64,000 bases of DNA from Dicyema japonicum (Eukaryota; Animalia; Dicyemida), in contig RDEW01000036.1 of NCBI GenBank assembly GCA_011109175.1, positions 547,281 through 611,280 of the forward strand. The letters run 5' to 3'. Position 1 is the first letter of the stretch, and each line of letters opens with the position of its first letter. A model generated the notes under the pieces. That model was not told the DNA's origin and ran no database searches. It saw only the letters and a list, made by a program, of their open reading frames with translations. Shown piece after piece: positions 47,500-60,242 of this stretch. The translations under genes and the position numbers were made by a program.

Positions 47500-50230
47500 G
47501 TCTCCATATTTTTCTCGGTGTTCCGACTGCGTTCCTGCGCATTTCCGATATTAAGGAGGTCCGCATACCTGAGTCCTTCGCAGGGGCACTGTTCCAGTCG
47601 CCTCTATCATATTTTCTAGGTTTCTAGGCAGGATTTCCACTTGGGAATATTTCTTTAGTAAGTTTGCTGCCTTCACTTGAATGTTGCATATCTTGTCCAA
47701 ATTCGTTGCAGAAAGGTTAGATCCCCAGATATTACATGCGTATTCTATTGATGAACTGTTTGTATATGACATCCAGACCACTCAGATCTTTTTTGTCTCT
47801 TAGGTTTCCCAAGAACGCCTTCAGAAAGTTGATTTTCCTCGTACAAGTCAATAACATATTTTCGACATGTTTTGTAAAGGTTAAGAAAGTGTCAAAGGTA
47901 ACTCCCAGGAATCGATACTTTTCCTAGTTTTCTGTTTGTCGTAATATGGCCAACACCGACTTCTTCGGGCTAGCAGTCAATTGATTTTCTCAAAGCCATA
48001 AACTTAGTTTATTCAGATTATCCTGTACTATTCTCGTTGCTTCGATGACACTCACATCCCTCGAGGCAATGACTATATTATCAGCATACGTTAATAATAT
48101 ATCATCGTCCCCCTGAGGGAGTGGCAAGTCATTCATCATAAGGTTAAACAAGAAGGGAGATAATGGGAAGTCTGGGGAACGCCATTTGCTTCAGCATTGG
48201 GTAAATATTCGAAAGTTTCCATATTATTTATTTAACCCAAGAACACCAATAGTTAATTTAATTGTATTAAACTAATTAGGTGATCCCGGCCGCCTCCATC
48301 AGGTCTTTCATCTTCTTCCGGTAGACCTTCCGAGATCCAACACAGCTTCTCTGAGGACGGGAGGGTTTTGAAAGAGAAGCAAGAGGGGTGATGTAAAGTC
48401 TTCTAGTAAGACCCAATCCATTAGAGCATTGTAGGAAGTTGGATTTTCGGCACAGAGCGGCGAATCCCTTCCCATTTTGTCCGATAAGGTCTTCCAGAGA
48501 GGTGGGTGTGAGACTGACTGTTCTCACGAGCTTGCCGATAGTTGTAGCTGATAGGGACTGAATATCATTGGTTTTCTGTTTGTTCGTCCAGGATAGGTTG
48601 ATTCCCTAAGACGCACAGGCGTAGCTGATAGATGGCTCAATGAATTGTTTATGTCGTAGTTTCAATGCTGGGAAAGGGGTTCTGATGCCAACAAAAATAG
48701 ATTTGATCAAACCAAGCTTTCTTGAACAGGTTCCGGAGATATATTCGACATGAGGGGAGAAGGTCATGTGCGTGTCAAAGGCGACTCCTAAGATCTTCAA
48801 TTTCTTCGTAAATGGTATTTTAGTTTGGTTGATAAATAAATCAACGGTCATTCTTCCAAGACGTTTGTCTGATGTAAATAGGGATGTGGAGGACTTCTCA
48901 GGAGATATATCAAGTCTGTTGGAGATTAACCAATTTTGAATCACGTGTAGTTGTTTTTGAACTCTTTCTGAGGCTTTTAGGAGATCCTGGTCACGGGATC
49001 CAATTAGAATGTCATCAGCGTAGGAGAGGAGAAGGTCGTCTTTATCAACTGATCGTGGCAAATCGGACATAAAATGGTTGAATAACACGGGGGACAAAGG
49101 AGAGCCTTGCGGAACACCATTGGGAAGTAGTCTCGAAAGTGATTTGGTCCTATCCATACGAACCTGGGCTCTTCTCCCGCTGAGGAAATTCGAAAGCCAG
49201 AGTTATAGATTGAGGTTAATGGAGAGTCCAAATAATTTCCTGGTTAAGATTTTCCTGGAGACAGAGTAAAAGGCTACAGAGCAGACGATGGTTTTGAGGT
49301 GACGAGGACTTGAGTTGAAGCCATCAAGGATAAATTGATTGAGAGAAGTAAGGTGGGTGGACGTTGAATAGAACTTTCTGATCCATGTTGAGAGGAAATG
49401 AAGGGGATGGACGGGGAAATGAGATCAAGTACCAGTTTTTCCAATAATTTTGAAAATGAACATAATAGAGAAATTGGTCGGTATGAAGCGGGGTTGTTTT
49501 TGTCCTTGCCAGGTTTTGGTATTGGGCGTATGTGGGAAAGTTGGAATTCATGTTCAAAGAATAGTTGAAAATAAGGGAGATTACCCCAATAGTAACCGGT
49601 CCAAGGTGTTTAAGAAGTATTGAAGGGATGCCATTTGGACCATAAGAGCGGGAGGGATTAATCATCTTAAAGCCTTCGAATTCGTTTGAATGAGAAATAA
49701 AGGTGATCGGCGGGATTCTTTTAGGTCTTATCAAGAACAAAGAGGGTCCATCCATTTTCTTGAAGGTTTTGTGACTTATACCGGTATAATACTTCATTAG
49801 TTTATATAAGCTGTGTTGGTCTGTCTTTTGTTTCAAGGTGAAGTTTTCTTCAGGACAAAGTCTTTTTATTGCCTTCCAGACCATCTGAGTGGATTTCTGA
49901 AATGGGAGAGAGCAGATTCGATTTTCCCACTTGTTTGCTACAGCCCTTCTAATCCTTCTTGAAATTTTATCATTGAGAGACTTTGTCTGGGATTTCTGTC
50001 CCGGAAGGGGATGTACGTGTCTTTTAAAGCGGTTTCTTTCTCTGATTAGTGATTTGGTATTCTGATCCAAAAATTCGTTGTAGTATTTGAACCTTCCAAG
50101 AGGAATGAATCTACTACGAGCATCAAGAATTATTTTGTTCAAATGGTCGACGGCCTCATCAATAGAACGGAATATGTTCAAGTCAAAGCAAAGTAGAGCC
50201 TGGTTAACATGTTTTGAGTAGCCGTCCTAA
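47500..50230 (-). mobile_element. Two tandem I/Jockey-like LINE RT fragments (47500-48190; 48270-50230)
   Basis: GVPQGSPLSPVLFNHFMSDL...SYADDILI in one and GVPQ..PLSPFLFNLMMNDL...TYADNIVI in the other; PSRSYGPNGI. Confidence 0.85.
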
Positions 50231-50749
50231 TTTGCTTTTTTGTAGTTGAAGAAAGAAATATAGCGGGAATACAGTTGAAGTTGATTGATAGAAAATTAAA
50301 TAATTAAAAAAATTAAATCATTTTAACAGTTAGAACAGAAATATTTACATAATTAATGACAATTAACCAAATTCTTGGTCAATTTAACCTTTATGTGAGA
50401 TAAAGTGTACCATCTAAAGATTTCCCCTCTCCACATTCATCCTGGTCTTAGGAACCATGAGCTGACATCAAAATCCGCTTTAACATAATATGGAAACCAA
50501 AACTTTGACCTCTTCTAACTTGAAGACCTGACATAATCTCGAATTGACCCCCAAAATCAAACATTTTACCTTTTCCCTTGTGGTCCCTAACCCCTTTTAT
50601 ATTAAAAAATCATTTTCGCATTATTCAGGGGTCACGTGTGGAAAATTACCCTAAAATCGACTGTGGTCTAACAGACACAAATTTAATCATTTATCATATT
50701 GATAAATGAATCATCTATTGTGGTAGTATCCTACATAATATTTTAGTGT

Positions 50750-51500
50750 CATATAAAGGATTTGTAGATGATGGGGGATGTAGTCCTCTCGTTGGCCACG
50801 ATGTTTCTTCACTATGATTCTCAGGTCGGACGTCATTTCACTGAAGAGAGAAAACGTCAGACTGAATTGTCATTCCACAACTATCATGTCCAAGTGGTGT
50901 CCTAGCCGCATTCCATCTATGCGCAAAAGCACGTCGAGTCATTTTGGAGCTTCTGGAGTGTTCCTCCAAGTTAATGGTTCTACGGATTGTTGGTAGGATG
51001 GTAATTAGGGTCGAATGATTTCTGAGGATATCGTAATTTCAGTATTTCAGGATGATTACTGAATGGAAGGATCCTTGTCTCCCAATGTAGGTAACATGGA
51101 GTAAATTTCAAACAGCTCGTTATAGTTCTCAAAACTGGGCTAGTAGCTGCTTTTGGGATAAACTGAAAAACATGCAAGGGGCCCAGTTTTGGAAGGCATA
51201 ATTAAGACTCCTGTCTCCCATCAGTGCAAAAGTCTTCAATGTGTTGGTTGAAACAGAGGGATCTAAGGTAATCTAATCATGTGGAAGATTTAGGAGATTT
51301 GGACATTAATCGAAGCTATTAGGATGTTTTTTGTATTTCGATGCGATGATGAGTTTGTCAGCGTAAAATAGGAGGGGAATGTCTGAGTTGTGTGCCTGTC
51401 ACTGAATTGAAGATTGAAAAATGTATGGTAGAGCACTGATCCGTGAGGGAACTCAGTGTGGAGGTACCAAAAACGAGACATATGGGAGTATAACCAGTAT
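50750..51500 (-). mobile_element. Highly degenerate LINE RT remnant
   Basis: ..PHGSVL..FN....IPLLFYADKLII recoverable across frameshifts. Confidence 0.45.
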
Positions 51501-51854
51501 GGCGGAAATAATTCTTTTCATACAGCATTTTAAAATGCTTTAACCAAAAAGATATCCCGTCTTTCTTTTTTTTCTTCAGAAAAACTTGAGTAGTCTCTAT
51601 ACTTTTTTGGCAATCTGTTTGATGTATTTTTCCATTTTCCGCCTTTGACGATCCAGAAATTCCAAACAGACAAATGATGGAAGATTGAAAGAATTATATG
51701 AACTTCAACTTTCATGATCTATTCCCATACACTGTATTTTCTACCAAAAATCACCCTATTGGAGACACATTTTTTTCAGACTATTCTTGGTTATCGAAAT
51801 GGTCCTCCTCGCTTGATATTGCTTCATACATTAGACAATCATCAAATTAGTTGA

Positions 51855-54480
51855 ACGGTGCCTCCCACGACGGCAACGGAGATCAACTGGAGATGCCACA
51901 AGGTCTCATGCCTGTTGAGCGTAACCAGACAAATTAAACTTAAAACTACAAGAAATTCTCATTTGTGGTCGATAAATAAATATTTAGAAGAAAACTATCA
52001 TCAGGAAAAATGTATTGAGGTGTATAGTATGCAGCCCTCGTGACTGGGAGTGAAACACACCTTAAAAAGGAGAATAATTTATAATAAAGAAAACCTGATA
52101 TGTTCGGATCTGGGAGATGTGATGCAGAGGTGGGATGCCTACAAGAGACAAAAGTACAGGCTGGAATGGACGAGCTACATGGAGACTATAGACTCATTTT
52201 ACTACTATCGTCATCAAGACACTATGGACAGGGGTTTGCCGTGCACAGGAAAATTGTTCGTGGGATACGTCGGTGTTGGAGTGTTAACGACAGAATCAGC
52301 ATACTGCAAATACGGTTCGGGGTCAAACCCACGTCGAGGGCCCTTATCTCAATTATAAATGTTTATGCACCCCACAGTGGACGGATCGCCAAAGATTCGG
52401 ACGAACTTACGCTTTCTACGTGCAGCTGTCGAGGAAATATGAACTGGAATCGTCTTTTCTAGTTTTCATTGCCGGAGGCTGGAATGCTAAAGCAGGAGTA
52501 CGTCGAGAAAAGAGTCGACTATCGGAAGACACAGAGGAGGGATCAGGAACTTGCCGGGGGCTGTGCTGATAAATCTGCAAATTCAGGATAACAAAGGGAA
52601 TATGATTTTTGACGCTACAGAACAAGCCGAACTTATTGCTGCTCATTTTGAACGACTGACCAAATCCTCTGATGAAGATTGCATTATGAAAACTATTCCG
52701 CTAAAAAATGAAGAGATGCCCGCGACGGTAGGACGTGGACAAAAATAGAAGCGGGCGGACTTACTTCTCCACCTCTCTTCGGAAGCGGAAGCCTGTAATA
52801 AGTTTTTGAAGGTGGATTTGGTCGTCACAAGCAGATGTTCTCCCTTTGGTTCCTTCCTTGAATTAGTTAGTTGTGACTGTTTGTGCTGGACTTACAATGG
52901 TAAGCCTGGGGTCAATAATAATTATTGAACGACTCTGACGTTGACGGGGAAAAGGTGGACCTAATCACTGGTAATGCAGGAAATCTTGTAAATGAAATTA
53001 CGGTGGGAGAAGTTATGAAAGCAATAGAGAGACTGAATTGCAATCGCTCGTCGAGACCGGGTGGCATAAGTGCAGAGTTACTGAAGTACGACTCAAAAAC
53101 CCTGGTAGAAATCGTGGCCAAAAAATTAAACGAATTGTTTGCAACTAACGACCTTCTTCCGTTGAGCAAAGGAATTCTGGTGCCGATTCATAACCGAATA
53201 AGAGAGCGAGCCATGTGGAAAACCTGCGCCCAGTCATCCTACTCAATACGCTAAGAGAGTCCTTGCTCTGGTGGTGCTGGATCGTGTGCAAGAGCCTGTG
53301 AATGAATTCCTGTCATCGAGCCACAGTGCATTCAGGACAGGCAAATCTACTGCTGATGTTGTCTGGGAGCATAGGTGGCGTTGTGCCACCTACCAAAAAT
53401 TTGAGAGTGCGACTACGATTTTGGGGATCGACATGTCAAGAGCTTTCGACACAATTCACCGAGGAAAGCTCATTGATGTTTTGCTGGGATTCCTTGATAG
53501 GGATCCTGTCGAGATAATAGAAGTTTATTGTCGAACACAGATCTAACGTTACGAGTTGGGATACCTCGTCCAGAAATTTTTCGACGATGTGGGTACCCCC
53601 AGGGAGACTCCTTTCCCCTTTGCTGTTTGTGGTACCTGGAAGCAGCACTACGTGGTCTTCAAAATTTGTATAATAGCCAAATCACCGAAATTATATACGC
53701 TGATGATGTGGATTTCGTATCGGAAGATAATCTAGCTTTGAGGCGGTTACTTGACGTTGCCTCTGCAGAGCTGGGAAATGGTTTCTTACGGTGAATACTA
53801 AAAACTGAAATTGTGAAATCGTACGCATTGGAAACAGGATAGATACGTATCAGAAAGCTCGGCTCCCTCCTCAGGGACATAGAGGACATAACTTAGAGGA
53901 AAGTACTATCGACGGTCGTACTGAACAGGATGAAGACGGATTGGTTGGCTAACAAACCAGTAACGATCGCGTTTCTTTTGCGCCTCTATAATGCTTTCGT
54001 AAAGCCGGTCCTCTATATAACTCTTTCTGCTACGGGGTCTCGTCTCAGAAACCAAAAATCATAACTCCTTCCACCAAAGGCAATTACGAATACTGTGCGG
54101 GGTACAATGGCCGACACGGATCAACAATGAGGCACTGTACCGAAAGTGCTCAACGCGACCTGTGACTTGGGATGTGGTGGAGGCCCGATGGAGACTATTT
54201 GGACACGTCCTACGGATCCCCACATCATCTGCAAATTTGGCAATGGAGGAATATTTCACTGCAAGTGGAAAGAAATATCGGGGAAGCCCACGTACTACGC
54301 AACCGGGGAAGCTAAATGAGGATCTCAAGACAATCAACTAGAGGCTCGTAAGTGGGGAGGATCTGGATGCTATGAGAAGTTTGGCGTGTAACAAGGGAGG
54401 ATGGGCGAGATTGATCCGAAAAATCGCTTTAAGGTGGAAATATGACAATTATGTTTCTAGGATAGTTGCCTATAATAATA
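51855..54480 (+). mobile_element. Degenerate near-full-length RTE (APE, RT, 3' end)
   Basis: GCLQETK, IINVYAPHS, GIDMSRAFD, PQGDS, YADDVDF, RWRLFGHVLR; (TAA)n tail at ~54470. Confidence 0.85.
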
Positions 54481-54561
54481 ATTGCCTGGTCAAAAAGAAA
54501 GTCCTCAACTAACTAAATAAGCCAAGTTCCCATGCTTAGAGCGATGAGTGTACTTTACAAT

Positions 54562-54870
54562 TTAATTTATTAACCCCGGATACACCGAGGAGTTAAAGTA
54601 AACAACTAAATAAGTGTATCCAGTTTCCACTTCCACAGAAACAAAGTCCTTACGGAATCAACATAAAGAGTAAGACGTCCATATTTACAGTTGTGGAAAC
54701 CCCTCCAGTGAAGAGGAGGAGAGCAAATTATCCTTTTCGTGCCGGCCTGGCACTGGCCGTCACCTAGACAGGTGAATCACATGGCATCACTCTAATAGGG
54801 AGAGAGTGTGTGGTCGATTGGTCTAATATAAAAAAGTGCTTGTTGGGTATAAACAAAAGCAAAAATAATT
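54562..54870. mobile_element. Hairpin-rich retroposed element, copy 2
   Basis: 13-bp TSD TGTACTTTACAAT (54549-54561, 54871-54883); homologous to 12940-13190. Confidence 0.75.
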
Positions 54871-54954
54871 TGTACTTTACAATCATCACGTCTTCTGAAT
54901 TCCGGTCTTTTCTGGACATGTGACATCTCGGAAATTGAAGAAGGCATAAAACAG

Positions 54955-55020
54955 AAAGACGTAGTAATCGAACCCACAACCAATCGGGAACGAGGGCAAC
55001 AATAGCCATTAGGCCGTCAT
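54955..55020 (-). other. tRNA-like pol III head (second SINE family or tRNA pseudogene)
   Basis: A-box-like CGGCCTAATGG (55016-55006) and B box GGTTCGATTAC (54974-54964), 31 nt apart; no complete cloverleaf. Confidence 0.5.
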
Positions 55021-55299
55021 GAGTTTTATCTTCAGTAACTCAACATTTAAAAAATAAATATTTATTTATTTAAAACCAAGAATATAAACACAAAATATAT
55101 AAATAATTATATTAATATAAAATAAAAAATGACTGTTTTGTATGTTAGTCACATTTTTATATAAAGATTTTTAGTGGCACAAACTACTACAGGACAATTC
55201 TTATAGACAAACTATCAGAGTTATATGGAAAGGAACTGAATCTAAAAATGTTTACTTAACTTAATTCCCCAGTAATATCATATGCAAATCCTCCCAAAT

Positions 55300-56370
55300 T
55301 GACGCCAATCTGATATTTGCCGACTTCATTATCTTCATGATCGACGCCTCATCCCTTTTGAGTGTTCAGGACGCTGTGAGTTTCTATGATTCGTTGTCCG
55401 CCAAGATTTCCCTCTTGAGTACTCTTTTCGTTGTCTACAATTGTATACTGAATTGTGAGATTAGATAATATGAACGATTCCGCTCTCAATTTGCAGTTTA
55501 TTGAGAATTTCGTTGATTTGAAGCAGCTCCACCTTATTTTTGAGGATTTTGAAGTGCTTTCTGTTTTATTGTAGAGTGAGAATTCTTTGGTGAGGGCAGT
55601 CGATCACGTGGGAATGTTTATTAAAAACTCTTACTTTTTTGATTTGGTTCAATGACTGTTGTTTTCGTTACCCACTAGTCTTTAAGGATTACGTGATGAG
55701 CTATCTAGGGAACCTTTAGAGGACAAATGTCAATTAAGAGACCCCGGTGTCCATGGTTAGCTTTTTCCTACGGTTTGTCTTGGAATCATTGATTAATTTG
55801 AGTAAAGGGGGAGGTCTACATAGGTAATTTGTTTGAGATTCCAAGATCACCAAGAAAGAAGGCTGCAAAACCGACTAATTAAGAGATCCCGGCTTCTAAT
55901 AACTTCCCGATTCCCATCGAGTGGTCCACCCAAGATGTGTCTCTTAGAATGTTGGTAGGGGAAATCGATCAGGATGTCATTTTCAGGAATGATCGAGATT
56001 CTTCCGCATGGGGGACCTTATCACCAAATGGGTTTCCTGTTTTTTGGCAACAAGTAGGAAACCCTGGTGGATCACGCGACTATCTCGAAAGTGGTGGAGA
56101 ATCTTGCTCTAACTCTCATCTCCTTTTCTCAGTCAATACTTGCGTTCCAACATAGCTTTAGAGGATGTATCATCACGACTCATTGGGATCTGTTTCTCAA
56201 TTTATCGAGAAAACTCAATTATAGACGCTGCCGGGTCCATCCTCAACTTCCCAAAAGAAATCTTCACCACGGTAAGAAGATGACTACTGTAATCCAATTA
56301 AATTTTCCAGGGTATAGATTTCGGGATCTTTCATTTTTTCATCTCCAGTCCGTCGTACGTTAGCATCAGT
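55300..56370 (+). CDS. Possible multi-exon host gene, unidentified
   Basis: Open segments such as FIENFVDLKQLHLIFEDFE|SENSLVRAVDHVG joined by short GT-AG gaps; many indels. Confidence 0.3.
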
Positions 56371-57101
56371 CTCTTGTCGTACTAGGACATTTGGCGACAG
56401 GACATTTAGCCGACAATTCAACTAAGCCATAATGATAAAGAAGTACACTATGTATTTTAATAACGGTAAAAAATGGAATTTACACAAACCACTCGTGGAG
56501 AGAGAAAACTTATGCTATGCGTTATGGATAGACAGAGAGACAATGTCATATATTGGAGATGTTTATAAAACATCCAACCGTTTCGCTTGTTGCAAAAATA
56601 TGAAAAGAACAGTCAGAGTGGGAGCTCACAGTAGAACAAGTGATGGCCGGAGTGTTGGATTTATAAAGATCAAGAAGAAGTACCAGGATGTGAACAAAAG
56701 GATAAACAGTATTGAAAAATATGATGAATACACTCAGTAGAAGTTTTGAGTGCGCTTTCTCATAACCTTAAAGTAAATCTTAACTGTTTTACATACCGAA
56801 CAATGAAAATGTCTGGACACCCTCTTGTCTTATTTGAACAACTACCTGATTATAACCTGTTTCCCAATTTAAAGACTCATTTCAACGTTCCGCCATTCTT
56901 TCTAACGGACTAGCAAAGGTTAAATACGTTTCTTTCGAAAATTTACTCAGTAAGAGATAGAAAAAGCATCTTTCTCGTGGTTTCTTGCAAATGATTAAGA
57001 AAGGCTTGGTTGCTAAAGACTTTCTAGTCTACATATGTATCATCAATGATGCTTAGGATTGAAGAAGAGAGTGAGGAAGCTCTTACTGATAATTACTTTT
57101 A

Positions 57102-57406
57102 TTATTAAGTCACTTTTACGAAAGCCATAATGTTTATGGCCCCGCATGTGCAACAGAAATATTATAGTTAATCTATTTCATCTTCCTCTGTCGAATGCTA
57201 ATGATCTCAATTCGTCCAGGTCGTCCCCTGTCTTTAGATTTTTTCTCACACGATTTAGATCTGTGTATAAGGCATTTGAAAGTGTCGATCTAGGTCGTCC
57301 GCGGAAGGGTTTGTCGCAACTGTCAAAGTAATCTTCCATCGCTTTGTTAGCGGATGCGTCCGGGTTCATTTTTAATACATGCCCAAACAGCCTCCACCGG
57401 GCATCT
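57102..57406 (-). mobile_element. RTE 3' fragment whose tail best matches the SINE tail
   Basis: FRGRPRSTL...GDDLDELRSLAFDRGR; 10-bp TSD ATTACTTTTA (57092-57101, 57407-57416). Confidence 0.85.
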
Positions 57407-57539
57407 ATTACTTTTACGCTCTTTATTTAATTAATTATTTTTTAATAATAAAATAAATAATAAAAAACTATTAAAATAATAATTTGAATTTTTATGTGAA
57501 TCCAATTATGCTCAACAAGGACAAAATTTTGCAGAATAT

Positions 57540-59439
57540 GATTAACAATTCTAAGACGAATCAACGTATAATAAAGCTTATAAATACCTAGTACATGATA
57601 TTGTTATGGGGAGAAGACATTTGGTCATCGGAATTAACAAATTAAATAAAATTTGTGGTACCTTCAATCTCCTGGGACTCCTAACGTCACATGAAAGGGA
57701 GACACTCGCGCAGTTCTTCGGTCAAGTCAGACTTCTCTGCGTTTAATTGAAGCTAATTGAAGCTTTTCAACGATTTTACACAAAATCGATCACTCAACGA
57801 CTTCTACAACATCGGAATGTTCGTAACCGTACGCAGTCTTGAGCTAGTAAACATCAACCTCCCATCCATCAGGAGTTTTGGACTTATTCAATCTGGAGTG
57901 AGGTCATTAACCCTAGACAAGTGCTCTTCTAATCTCTCCGTATTTATCCTTTTTATTCTGAATTTCTTGATGCAATTTTCGTGGCCTAATTTGTCAGAGT
58001 TATCGGTCTCCCAGTCAACTGACCCCAACCTGCTCTCCTGCCTCGTTTGCTGTCCGCTTATTCTTAGAAATTTATGCATGGTCTTATAAAGCTGAAATTT
58101 GTGTTTTGCTCCATCACATATACGGGGATCACTTTCTTGTTGTGTTATGTGCATATTTAGAATCTCATGTGCCTCAAGGAGCTCAACCTGTCCTTCAATA
58201 AGCTGGAGTCTCTGCCTTGTGTGGATTCCCCTCTTTCAGTACTGATTCTCAGAGGGATTTTATTTCCTCGCTGGTGGGGGTTAGAAAACTGAGGACCCTC
58301 ACAGAGCTCGATGTTTCTTTTAACAACATTGGGGTCACAAAATGTGTAGAAGAAGTCTCCCAGTTGTGGAATCTGAGGACTGTTGTCATTTTTATGACTC
58401 TAGTTTGATATTTCCGACAATCCGATCGATTGTGTCCCCAAAATCAGACAAATTGTTATGAAATGCCTGTTTTGCTGGAGAACCCCGCCTACTGGCTTTG
58501 TCCTTAACGGACGGACTCTTTCAAAGGCGGACAAAATGGTTGAGACCTGATCTATATATTTAGCTGGTCACCACGTGCGACTATCAACTTAGCAAGGATT
58601 CAGGTCCCCTTTATTTTTAATTCTAAGCCAAAAAAGTTATCACTATGAGTCTGAGCTCTGCCATAGTCCCCGAGATCGTAATAGAAACCCATCCTAAGGA
58701 GCAAGTGGATACTGCCATAACCGAGGAGTTATGTTCAGTCAAGTCTTGCTCGTCGTCTTTGAAAAGCTTATTGAAAGAGAAGGAAGAAGAAACCGAAGAG
58801 TTTGATGCTGCCGAGTCTGTGCGGGTGATTGAGTCTTCCTCTTCATTCAAAGTCTTTGAGTGCACTGGTGCCTTGGGGAGGAGTTCAAGGGAACTGGTCC
58901 TGTCATTTGACAATTTCGAATCCCTGTCATTGAGCGACAAATTAGCTTCATATCAGTTGAAGATCCCATTTAGAGATGTGATCATGGAAAGTAACGAACA
59001 AAAAAACACTATCATCATAAAAAACATCCAGGATCTCAACAAGGCCTACGGGACCGATGTGGTAGAAATCATTCAGCTTAGCTTTGACGGGGTTAGTGAG
59101 ATTAAGGTTGTTTTACTAGTAAAGTCAGAGATTTAGCTACCTTAATAAGATCTGTTCCAGTCTGAGGGACAATAGTGAGGAAGCTCTGCTAAAAATCCCA
59201 GAATCACTTGATCTTGTGGGAACTGACCATTTCGGGACCCTTCCTGAACCTGATTTTGAAGAATGTATCGACTATATGGACATAAACGTAACACTTATTC
59301 TAAAATGGAAGGATTCCATCGAGGATGTAGCTTTTCTTTCGGAATCGTTAGGGGACAATCGTAGGATGAGCTTGTGGGACAAACAAGTCATTAGCAATGT
59401 GGAGACACTTATCTCGAACAATGACTGCGACGATATTTT
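57540..59439 (+). CDS. STK11IP: STK11-interacting protein-like LRR protein (runs into the gap; 5' bound approximate)
   Basis: IGMFVTVRSLELVNINL, SWPNLSEL, LKELNLSFNKLESL, RKLRTLTELDVSFN, DNPI and TGFVLNGRTLSKAD (58491-58532) follow the STK11IP motif order; acidic linker follows. Confidence 0.65.
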
Positions 59440-59812
59440 NNNNNNNNNNNNNNNNNNNNNNNNNNNNNNNNNNNNNNNNNNNNNNNNNNNNNNNNNNNNN
59501 NNNNNNNNNNNNNNNNNNNNNNNNNNNNNNNNNNNNNNNNNNNNNNNNNNNNNNNNNNNNNNNNNNNNNNNNNNNNNNNNNNNNNNNNNNNNNNNNNNNN
59601 NNNNNNNNNNNNNNNNNNNNNNNNNNNNNNNNNNNNNNNNNNNNNNNNNNNNNNNNNNNNNNNNNNNNNNNNNNNNNNNNNNNNNNNNNNNNNNNNNNNN
59701 NNNNNNNNNNNNNNNNNNNNNNNNNNNNNNNNNNNNNNNNNNNNNNNNNNNNNNNNNNNNNNNNNNNNNNNNNNNNNNNNNNNNNNNNNNNNNNNNNNNN
59801 NNNNNNNNNNNN
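59440..59812. other. Assembly gap (373 N)
   Basis: Run of n in the sequence. Confidence 1.
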
Positions 59813-60242
59813 GCGAAGGGAACCAGACGTATAGCTCCTTGATTTTAAAATAAAACCTTTTAAATTAAAGAACAAAAACTTTTATCGCCGGATAGCAGCT
59901 CTCATGATTGAGAATGCATATTATTGTACGATTTGTATAGAAATTCGCTCAATCTGGCTACTGTCCTTCTGGTTGATAGTAACAGAAAAAATTACCACAA
60001 AACCACAAAAACCAATAAAATAATTTAAAACCGCAAACTCGAATAAAAATAAACAGACTAATTTTAATGTATAATATTTTTGTGCTTACAAAAAAAGTCA
60101 GAATTAGTCAGAAACAATAAATGAAAAATTAAAATATTCATATATTTTTAATGGAGATTGCGATTATGTAGTAATTTATATAAAAAAAATTTTTATAAAA
60201 AAATAAAATTTTATAAAATTAAATTCAATTTCCACTTTTTAG

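Noticed and set aside
56432-56740. 102-aa ORF as a host gene or Mutator fragment
   Set aside because: Follows a short GGACATTT repeat suggestive of a TE end, but there is no diagnostic motif to support either call.
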